Shown here piece by piece: positions 46,087 through 54,500 of a stretch of 64,000 nt of DNA; the stretch's first letter is position 1; every line of letters starts with the position of its first letter. A program made the translations under genes and the position numbers. Source of the DNA: Parasphingorhabdus sp. (GTDB lineage: Bacteria > Pseudomonadota > Alphaproteobacteria > Sphingomonadales > Sphingomonadaceae). The notes beneath the pieces are model-generated. The model was given only the letters and a program-made list of their open reading frames with translations, was not told where the DNA came from and did no database searches. The stretch lies in assembly GCF_036963705.1 (NCBI RefSeq), contig NZ_JBALUT010000003.1, positions 4,595 through 68,594 of the forward strand. Reading direction: 5' to 3'.

Positions 46087-46437
46087 ATGTCGGACAAAGC
46101 TCTGGGGGATTTTCGGTTTTGTTGGATCGAAGCTTTTTTGTCGGTTATTGACAACGAGGGCGTAGAGAAGCGTGCTGCTGAGAAATTAGGTTTGGATGCC
46201 TCGACGGTGAATCGCTATCTGGGAGACCTCGAGGCCTGGCTAAGCAAGTCTCTGTTCAGCAGGAATTCTCCGAAGGAGCTAAACAATCTGGGGGTGATGT
46301 TTGAAGGCACAGCTCGCGAAATTGTTAGCGCGTTGTCCGCCGCGCAAAAAGAACTACCGGTTCCACCGCCGCGCGCCCCAACGTCTGCGATTGGTATAAA
46401 GATAACGCCTCGCCAACCAGATAAAGCGGCTGATTGA
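46087..46437 (+). CDS. Small HTH protein resembling an isolated LysR-type N-terminal domain
   Basis: FCWIEAFLSVIDNEGVEKRAAEKLGLDASTVNRYLGDLEAWLSKSLFSR fits the LysR HTH pattern. No effector domain. Confidence 0.5.
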   Translation: MSDKALGDFRFCWIEAFLSVIDNEGVEKRAAEKLGLDASTVNRYLGDLEAWLSKSLFSRNSPKELNNLGVMFEGTAREIVSALSAAQKELPVPPPRAPTSAIGIKITPRQPDKAAD

Positions 46438-46470
46438 GGCAGTTAGCTGGGGTCTATAAAGCAAGATTAT

Positions 46471-46500
46471 AAGCGCCCCAGAGTTTCCCCTTGGGCGCTT
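46471..46500. terminator. Hairpin between convergent genes (possible bidirectional terminator)
   Basis: AAGCGCCC-14 nt-GGGCGCTT. The loop is long and there is no clear U-run. Confidence 0.35.
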
Positions 46501-46505
46501 AATCG

Positions 46506-47117
46506 TTAGTCGAACTGGGCCACGACCTTCACCTCCGGTTGCCCTGCCGCTCGCAGCGGGTATTCAAAGAGCCGTTCGATATTCTCGATTGCCCTGCTTT
46601 TGGCTACGGCCACCATCGCTGCTTGCTGCGCTTGTTTCACAATACCTTTGCGGGCGGCGCGGTAGGAGAGTTTGCTCAGGGCTTGCACGGTGTCGTCACT
46701 ATAACTCAGCGATCCGCCGTTGATGGTCGTGGCTTCCTCCGGCTGGAAAGCGACATCGGACAGAACCAGTTTCGGCAACCGCACCGTGACCAGCTTTGTC
46801 TCCTCATTGTATGTCGGTGAGAGATCGCTGAGGTCCAGCCGATAGTCGACGACGGCGGGCACGATCAGTTCCTGCGTTCCGTTCAACACCCAGTAGCGTT
46901 CCCGGTGGGCCCGCACTCTCACGGTACCCTTGTACGACCACACCACAAGGCTGTTCTTCGCCCGCAAGCTTTCGACTGTGGCGGCGAGGATCTTTGTTGC
47001 GTCAACCTGCAGGAAGCCGGTGTGCTTGACCTCTTCGTCCAGCAGTTCCTTGGGTGCTACCCAGTACCCGATACCGAATACGGTCAGGGCCAGTGCCGCG
47101 ATGATTGGTTTGTCCAT
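46506..47117 (-). CDS. DUF4230-like membrane-anchored protein
   Basis: N-terminal TM (IIAALALTVFGIGYWV), then ...SLVVWSYKGTVRV...VVDYRLDLSDL... as in DUF4230. Start at ATG 47117. Confidence 0.65.
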   Translation of the reverse strand: MDKPIIAALALTVFGIGYWVAPKELLDEEVKHTGFLQVDATKILAATVESLRAKNSLVVWSYKGTVRVRAHRERYWVLNGTQELIVPAVVDYRLDLSDLSPTYNEETKLVTVRLPKLVLSDVAFQPEEATTINGGSLSYSDDTVQALSKLSYRAARKGIVKQAQQAAMVAVAKSRAIENIERLFEYPLRAAGQPEVKVVAQFD

Positions 47118-47141
47118 GTTGAATTCCTTTTGATTGGGCAT

Positions 47142-47166
47142 AAAAAAAGCGCCTCAGGGGCGCCGC
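47142..47166 (-). terminator. Rho-independent terminator candidate
   Basis: The minus strand reads GCGCC-CCTGA-GGCGC followed by TTTTTTT, 26 nt after the stop of the 47192-47584 gene. Confidence 0.5.
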
Positions 47167-47191
47167 GATTTGTGGTTGTGATTGGTTGTGG

Positions 47192-47584
47192 TCAGCTACG
47201 GCACATCGCCAAGATGTTCGCATCCGTCTCGGGATGATCCTGGACGAACAGACTTATGCCGAAGCCGTCATCGCTGAGGATGTAGACAGCTTCGAACCAG
47301 CCGCCGTGATCCTCGATCCACTCCCATGACGGGGTGAAGGCAGGATCACCGAAGCGGGCACCGTCCACAGGATTGACCAACAGTGACCAGCCGAGTTCGT
47401 GTTCTGCATCCGCTGCGGTGTCCCCCGGCTGGATGATCAAGAAGTGCGTCAGGTCGGAAAGGTCGATGCCTTCCCAGGCAGTGGTTAGTTGGTCGAGGTG
47501 TTCGGTGAGGAGGGATCGCAGTTGGTTGTCGGCGAGCAGATTGAGGGTGCTGTGGATGGCGGTGCTTGTTCTTAATGAGATCAT
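47192..47584 (-). CDS. Hypothetical acidic 130-aa protein
   Basis: ATG 47584 is preceded by AAAGGAA. No family recognised. Confidence 0.5.
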   Translation of the reverse strand: MISLRTSTAIHSTLNLLADNQLRSLLTEHLDQLTTAWEGIDLSDLTHFLIIQPGDTAADAEHELGWSLLVNPVDGARFGDPAFTPSWEWIEDHGGWFEAVYILSDDGFGISLFVQDHPETDANILAMCRS

Positions 47585-47860
47585 TGGGGTATTCCTTTCG
47601 GGCATGAAAAAGGCCCCCGGAAATTCATCCAGAGGCCTGATTTGGTGAAAGGAGCAGCAACTTAGCTTCTCCATATAAGGTACCCCGATTTGCTCATAAG
47701 AACCAACTCTGCACACCTAATTAGGACCGCAAACCGTAACATCGAAATACAGAATGTTGCGAAGGTTCACCGCGAACAGATTGGCTTTATTTAAATATAT
47801 AACTTATGCTGTTCGCTGAACGAACTACGTGGCCACTAACCAAATAAAAAGGGCGTCAGA

Positions 47861-48973
47861 ATGCTGCACGAAGAAATCGAAATAGCACAAAGACAGGTTA
47901 AAACCGATGCATATCAAATGTCTATCGGTGAAGTGGTCAACATGTACCGTGATAAGGAAATTATAATTGATCCTGAATTCCAGAGATTGTTTCGCTGGGA
48001 TCTTGGGCAAAAATCGCGGTTATTTGAATCGATGATTCTTGGAATACCACTACCTTCCATTTTTGTGTTTGAACGTGAAGACTCGAAGTGGGAGCTGATT
48101 GATGGGTTACAGCGCCTCTCAACAATTCTGGAATTTATGGGACTACTGAAAACGCCGGAAGGTGAAGACCATCCACCTTCATTCTTGCAAGAAACTCGAT
48201 ACCTTCCTTCGCTGAATAATACTGTTTGGGAAGTCTCGGCTGAAGTTGATGGGCTTGCAGAAGCTGATCAAGTCGGACTGACTAGCGATATAAAGTTAGC
48301 AATAAGAAGATCACGGATCGCTGTTGAAATTCTTAAAAGACCGAGCGACAATAATACCAAGTACGATCTGTTTCAAAGACTTAATGCAGGCGGTACACCC
48401 GCTAATGCGCAAGAACTGAGAAACTGCGTAATTATTATGGCTAATCGTAATTATTATGATCAACTTAAAAATCTGTCGGAGACGGAGGAATTTGGGCTCG
48501 TAACCGCAATGTCATCGGATCAACTCGAAAAGCAAAAGCCGATGGAGTATGTTAGCAGGTTTATGGTGCATTTGCGGTTGCCGTATCAGAACAATCTTGA
48601 TGTCGAAGAGTTTATAAACGAAGGTGTTATTGAACTCGCGGGCGGAGGAGTAACAAATGCGGATCAACGCGCATTTACGGAAACATTCCGATTACTAAAT
48701 GAAGCTTACGGACAAGGTGCGCTTCGCCGCTTTACAGATGGGAACCCTGGAGGACGAGTAAGTTTAGCGGCCTTTGAAATCATAGCGGTTGGTTTAGCCA
48801 AAAATATTGATTCTGTTTTGGCAAGAGCGAGCCCACTGGCATATGTAAAAAACAAAATTCAAACGCTTTGGGCCCATCCAGAAATTGAGCAGTTTTTTAC
48901 GGCGGGGATGAGGGGGACAACGAGAATCCAACGTACCGTTCCATTCGGAGCCGATTGGTTTGCGAATGACTAA
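47861..48973 (+). CDS. DUF262 (ParB/Srx-like, GmrSD N-terminal type) protein without a fused nuclease domain
   Basis: Has IIIDPEFQRLFRWDLGQKSRLFESMILGIPLPSIFVF and WELIDGLQRLSTI (DGQQR-type motif). The C-terminal ~200 aa lack DUF1524/HNH motifs. Confidence 0.85.
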   Translation: MLHEEIEIAQRQVKTDAYQMSIGEVVNMYRDKEIIIDPEFQRLFRWDLGQKSRLFESMILGIPLPSIFVFEREDSKWELIDGLQRLSTILEFMGLLKTPEGEDHPPSFLQETRYLPSLNNTVWEVSAEVDGLAEADQVGLTSDIKLAIRRSRIAVEILKRPSDNNTKYDLFQRLNAGGTPANAQELRNCVIIMANRNYYDQLKNLSETEEFGLVTAMSSDQLEKQKPMEYVSRFMVHLRLPYQNNLDVEEFINEGVIELAGGGVTNADQRAFTETFRLLNEAYGQGALRRFTDGNPGGRVSLAAFEIIAVGLAKNIDSVLARASPLAYVKNKIQTLWAHPEIEQFFTAGMRGTTRIQRTVPFGADWFAND

Positions 48974-49613
48974 ACCGCATTCCGCAGAGGAATTTGCAGC
49001 TTTAGTAACAACGGATTTTACATGGAGGCTGCGAGAGGTTTCAAATTTGAAACTCGCTATCGCGAACGCCAAATTGGAAGAGAAAAATGGATTTTTGAGA
49101 GCTTTGGTTGTGATGTGCTATGCTCATTGGGAGGGTCATGCAAAATTTTGTGGCGAACGTTATTTTCAGTTCCTGACGAAGAGGAGACTTCGTTTTTCGC
49201 AATTGAAGCCACATTTTTATAACATTAGATTTTTACGCGAATTGTCCGCGGCCAACGGCACCAGCCATGAGCAAAAAATGAACCTCGCTCACAAGATATG
49301 CTCGTCGCTGGAGGACAGGTTCTCACATTTTCCAAAAGAACTTTTTGATACAAAATCAAACTTGAATTCCGAGGTTCTCGCCGATTTATGCTTGGTCTGT
49401 GGAATAGAATTTGAGATTTTTGAAGACTATATCGATTTTATGGACCGAATGTTGTTGAAACGCCGAAATGAAGTCGCGCATGGGGAAGCAGTTTTTATAG
49501 ATGCAGTTGACGCTGACGATCTGGTTGACCGAACAACCAGCCTTATGCGAACTTTCAGAGATGAGATTGATAATCACGTAACCTTGCAAGGTTATCGTGC
49601 CGCACCTGAGTAG
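48966..49613 (+). CDS. HEPN-like protein (RiboL-PSP / MAE_28990-like) with an RX4H motif
   Basis: ATG 48966 lies inside the last 8 nt of the DUF262 ORF (ATGACTAA). Has KRRNEVAHGE (R-x4-H) about 50 aa from the C-terminus. Helical-looking. Confidence 0.75.
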   Translation: MTKPHSAEEFAALVTTDFTWRLREVSNLKLAIANAKLEEKNGFLRALVVMCYAHWEGHAKFCGERYFQFLTKRRLRFSQLKPHFYNIRFLRELSAANGTSHEQKMNLAHKICSSLEDRFSHFPKELFDTKSNLNSEVLADLCLVCGIEFEIFEDYIDFMDRMLLKRRNEVAHGEAVFIDAVDADDLVDRTTSLMRTFRDEIDNHVTLQGYRAAPE

Positions 49614-49735
49614 CTTTCGTTTGAACGGGTATTACAGATTGAGTAGGTCAAAAGCACCACCCACGCCATACCCACGAGCGCACCCCTGTTTGAGCACGTT
49701 CAGCAGTAAGCGTGATACTTCCAAGCTGAGAGTGA

Positions 49736-49811
49736 TGGTGCCGCTTAGAGGATTCGAACCTCTGACCCCCGCATTACGAATGCGATGCTCTACCAACTGA
49801 GCTAAAGCGGC
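49736..49811 (-). tRNA. tRNA-Thr (anticodon CGU), CCA encoded
   Basis: The reverse complement folds as acceptor GCCGCTT/AAGCGGC, D arm GCTC-AGTTGGTA-GAGC, anticodon arm TCGCA-TTCGTAA-TGCGG and T arm AGAGG-TTCGAAT-CCTCT, 76 nt in total. Confidence 0.95.
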
Positions 49812-50041
49812 ATCAGCGAAATGGATGAGCATTGGTCCCATGCATTTGCATTGATCGCGGGCCATTACCAGCAGAGCTGTGTCGTGACAAGTCTGCGCGG
49901 TCGATAATTCGCGCGGCCGCGCCCGTTTTGCCGATTTGTGACAAACAATCGGGCCCCGAGATCATTATCAGGAAATTTACCATATGTTTACCATAGGGGA
50001 TGCATACAAATGTGGAACTAATGGAATGACAGTGGGGAAGC

Positions 50042-51379
50042 ATGGAAAACCTACGAAATCACGGTGAACTCAACGATCAGGACGCAGCCTCGGCACCTGA
50101 TTACGCCGGCTATGAAGATGACGACGCCGCTATGGAAGCACCTCCTGCTATCGGTCAGGACGAGCGACGCATGCATGTGCGTGCTTATAATTTCTGGGCC
50201 GGTCTGTTGGGAGACAGACAATTTCCCAGCGTCGAAGATCTGGAGCCTGAATCCGATGAAGACTTCGGACCAAATAGTGTTTTGCTCGATTTTACCGACG
50301 GCGTTGAAAATCCGACGATCCAGTTTCTGGGCCGGGCGCTCCGCGAGGAATGCGAGATTGATGACTCGATCACCGCTATCGACGATGTACCGGCACGTTC
50401 GTTGCTGTCGCGGATCACAGACCATTATTTGCAGATTATCGCCAATCAGGCACCGATCGGTTTCGAAGCCGAATTCGTCAATCAGCGTGGCGTGACGATC
50501 ATGTATCGCGGTATATTGCTGCCCTTCTCGACCGACGATGACACCATCGATTTCATCTATGGCGTGATCAACTGGAAAGAAGTCGCCGCGGATGCCATCC
50601 GCGAAGAAATCGAAGATGAAGTGTCGGAAGCCATGCTCTCCGCGCCAGCGAAAATTGCGGCCGGACCGGTCTGGGAAGACGGACCACATTCTGCGAATCT
50701 CGATGAGCTGGAGCTCACCCAGGAATTGGAGATTGTCCCTGACTTTGCTGCGAGTGTAGTCGCCGAACCGCTCGACGAGGACGCGAGTCTGGCCGATTGG
50801 TTGTGCGCAGCCCGTGACAGCGCCGACAATGCAGCTGATTCGGTTGAGCGCAGTCGAGTAGCTCTCTATTCCGCGATCAGTCAGGCCTATGATTTCTACC
50901 TGATGTCCGAACAATATCCGGAAGATTACCAGATGCTGCTCGAGGATTCCGGACTGGTGGTCCAGGATCGCGCGCCGATGACGCCGATTGTAAAGCTGGT
51001 GTTTGGTGCCCAATATGACAAAACACGGCTGACCGAATATGCAACCGCACTAAAATATGCGCAGCGCAACGCGGTCGGAAAAGGAACGCTCGGCGATCTG
51101 CTCGTTCGCCATGACGGCGGCTTGAAAGCTATTGTCCATGCCGAACGCATGGCAAACCGGCCGGTCGGTCTTCTGTCCAAGGCCCAGGCAGTTGGCGAAA
51201 GCCTATTGGCGAAACTGCGCTCCGCGCCATCGCGGCAATTGCAGGAAATTGATGCCGGCGATTCCGAATTTGTTGTGCTCGTCGCTCGCAAGGACCTGAG
51301 CGGTGAACTAACCATAGTCGGACCGGTCGTTGGTAACGAAAAGCTGACCAGCCAGGCGCTCAAACACACCCAGTTCTGA
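50042..51379 (+). CDS. Hypothetical acidic protein (445 aa)
   Basis: Natural-looking composition, in contrast to the Arg/His-rich antisense ORF. No family confidently recognised. Confidence 0.6.
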   Translation: MENLRNHGELNDQDAASAPDYAGYEDDDAAMEAPPAIGQDERRMHVRAYNFWAGLLGDRQFPSVEDLEPESDEDFGPNSVLLDFTDGVENPTIQFLGRALREECEIDDSITAIDDVPARSLLSRITDHYLQIIANQAPIGFEAEFVNQRGVTIMYRGILLPFSTDDDTIDFIYGVINWKEVAADAIREEIEDEVSEAMLSAPAKIAAGPVWEDGPHSANLDELELTQELEIVPDFAASVVAEPLDEDASLADWLCAARDSADNAADSVERSRVALYSAISQAYDFYLMSEQYPEDYQMLLEDSGLVVQDRAPMTPIVKLVFGAQYDKTRLTEYATALKYAQRNAVGKGTLGDLLVRHDGGLKAIVHAERMANRPVGLLSKAQAVGESLLAKLRSAPSRQLQEIDAGDSEFVVLVARKDLSGELTIVGPVVGNEKLTSQALKHTQF

Positions 51380-51573
51380 TCGGGTCATCTCCAAGATCGA
51401 GCAGGCATTACACCGCCAATAGTAGCATATGTAACCAAAATATCACTGTTCTCGATATTCCCCGAACGGTGACCGGAAAGCATTGGCTAAACTCTTGAGC
51501 GGCTATGAGAATAGGCGCATAGCATAGCCATGCTGACGGGATTTTGACTCGTCCGGATCCACTTGGGGGAAAA

Positions 51574-54500
51574 ATGGCTGCCAATCTCAAACCGAAATCC
51601 ACACGATCGAGCAAGACGGCGGATGGCCTTGAACAGGCGTTGATAACAGCCTTCCGCGAAAGCGCATTGCCGGGCGAGAATATCGGTTTTGACAAAAAGG
51701 CCTGCCAGGAAGCGGCGCATTTCACGTTGCGATGCGCTCAGGAACGTCAGGGCAGTGAAGCCAGCTTGTCACTGGAAAGCGTCAGCGGCCATCAGAACCA
51801 CAGGCATTTGCGTCTGGCGATTGTTAACGACGATATGCCGTTTCTGGTCGATTCCGTTTGTGCCACCATCGCCGGTTTCGGACTGACCATAGAGCGGTTG
51901 ATCCATCCGGTGGTTGCGGTGCGGAGGGATGTTAAAGGCCAGTTGGTCGAGATTTCCGAACAGGCGACGAGCGGAGAAAAGCGCGAGTCGATAATCTATA
52001 TCGAACTGGAACGGACCGACGCCCGTATTCGTCGGGATTTGGTCAAGGCCTTGCGCTCTAACCTGAAAGACATCGCCGCCGCCGTTGCCGACTGGTTGAA
52101 GTTGCAGATCGTGCTGGGCGAAAATGCCGATGCGCTGCCGGAAGGCGAGGGTGCTACCCTGTTGCGCTGGTTCCTCGATCGGAACCTGACATTGCTCGGC
52201 CATGAGATCGTCAATGCCGACGGCGGACGTAGCAAACAGCTCGGCCTGGCGCGGATGCGTTCGCAGCCAATTCTATCCGAAGAAAGCCGCCGCCGTGCGT
52301 TCGAATGGTTCGAAAATGGTGGCACAGCACCGCTCATTATCAAATCCAATCAGCTTTCTACGGTCCATCGCCATGTCTTGATGGATTTGATCATTGTTCC
52401 GATCAGGGACAAGAGCAATGTCACCGAGCTGTCGATCATTTCCGGGATGTGGACCAGTGCGGCGCTTGCGGCGGCACCGGAAACAATTCCGGTCTTGCGA
52501 ACCCAGCTCACCCGGTTGTTCGACAAGTTTGAATTTTCCGAATCCGGGCATGCTGGCAAAAGCCTGACCCATGCGTTGACGGCTCTGCCACACGACATGC
52601 TGATAACCTTTGCTCAAGACGATCTCGAAAAGCTTGCGCTGATCTCGATGTCGCTGATCGATCGTCCGCGACCCAAATTACACAGCGTGATATCTCCGCT
52701 GGCCCGTCATCTGTTTGCTTTCGTGTGGCTTCCACGCGAACAGCTCTCAACCGAGCGCAGACAGAATGTCGAGAATATGCTGATCGATGCTACCGGGGCA
52801 AAAATATTGAGCTGGTCCAATACTCTGGAAGAAGGCGGAGTATCGTCCTTGCGCTACACGCTCGACATGGGCGCCGATGGCCGAATTCCCGATCCTGATC
52901 TGCTCGATCAGGAGTTGGAAAATATGGTCCGGGGCTGGAAACCGGAAGTCGAGCGTAACCTTAGGGAAGCGGGGCAGGACAGCCGGGCGGCGGTTCTCGC
53001 TCAGCGCTATGCCAATTGCTTTCCGGGCACCTATCAGACCACCTATGGTGCGTTGGAAGCTGCGAAAGATATCATGCGTCTGTTCAGGCTTGAGCGCGGC
53101 GGCCAGCGCTCGACCCGCCTCTACCGGCTCGCTAGCGATGCCGACCATCTATTGCGGCTGAAAATATATCATCTGGGTGGCGCATTGCCGCTGTCGGACG
53201 CTGTTCCGACGCTCGAAAATTTCGGTTTTACCGTGCTCGAATCGGTTCCCACACCGCTCGACGATGGACGGTTGGGCTATATACATGATTTCCTGCTCGA
53301 ACTGCGGTCGGAGGAACGGTGTGACAGTCTGATTGCCCGGTCGGATGAAATCGAAGAGGCGATCACCAGCGTTTTGGATGGCGAGGCGGAAAATGACGGC
53401 TTTAACCAGCTTATAACGACCGCAGGCATTGATGCCCGCTCCACCGTGTGGATGAGGGCCTGGTTCCGCTATTTGCGTCAGACCGGCTTAAGCTATGGCC
53501 TGATCACGGTTGTCGAAGCATTGGCCGAAGCGCCTGATGTGACCGCAGCAATGATCACGCTTTTCCGAGCCTTGCACGATCCGGATTTCCAAGGCGACCG
53601 CTCACATGCCGCGAAAATCGCGACACGCGAGGTTGATGCTGCTCTGGTCAGCGTCCACGCGATTGACGATGATCGTATTTTGCGTCTGGTTCGTGCGGTT
53701 ATTGAATCTATTTTGCGCACCAATGCGTTTGCCTATCAGGCCGGGGAAGCGCTTGCGTTCAAGATCGAGAGTGCGAAAATTCCCGAGCTACCGGCTCCGG
53801 TTCCGTGGCGTGAAATATTTGTTTATAGCCCGCGTGTTGAAGGCATACATTTGCGGGCTGGCCCGGTGGCTCGCGGCGGTCTCCGCTGGTCTGACAGGCG
53901 AGACGATTTCCGCACCGAAATATTAGGTTTGATGAAAGCCCAGCGGGTGAAAAATGCAGTGATCGTTCCGACCGGTGCGAAGGGCGGCTTTTTTGCCAAG
54001 CAATTGCCATCCGGCGATGACCGCGATGCATTCATTGCGGAAGGCATTGAAGCTTATAAAATTTTCATCAGCGCGCTTTTGTCGGTGACCGACAATATCG
54101 TCGAAGGCAAAGTCGTCCCTCCTTCAAGGGTAGAGCGGCTGGATGACGATGATCCATATTTTGTCGTGGCAGCCGACAAGGGCACCGCCAGCTTTTCCGA
54201 TATCGCCAATCAGATCGCTATCGATCGCGGTTTCTGGCTGGGCGATGCATTCGCCAGTGGCGGCAGTAATGGCTATGACCACAAGGCGATGGGGATCACT
54301 GCGCGCGGCGCCTGGGTCTCCGTGCAACGCCATTTTGCGGAAACCGGTGTTGATGTGCAGTCCACCCCGATTACCGTCGTCGGAGTTGGTGACATGTCGG
54401 GCGATGTGTTCGGCAATGGCATGCTGCTTTCGAAGACCCTGAAAATCGTGGCGGCTTTTGATCACCGTCATATTTTCATCGATCCCGATCCCGATTCAGA

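Larger units (their letters stand above)
32986..49780. mobile_element. tRNA-Thr-integrated genomic island (about 16.75 kb) with a P4-type integrase
   Basis: Perfect 45-bp direct repeats at both ends, one inside an intact tRNA gene. Carries an integrase and a primase/helicase gene. Parts are AT-richer than the flanks by eye. Cargo is accessory (TPS locus, DUF262/HEPN). Confidence 0.8.

Noticed and set aside
50051-51013. 320-aa minus-strand ORF opposite the 445-aa acidic protein
   Set aside because: The plus-strand frame has natural composition and extends further. The minus frame is Arg/His/Ile/Phe-rich, as shadow ORFs are. The choice is by eye, so confidence in the plus-strand gene is kept at 0.6.
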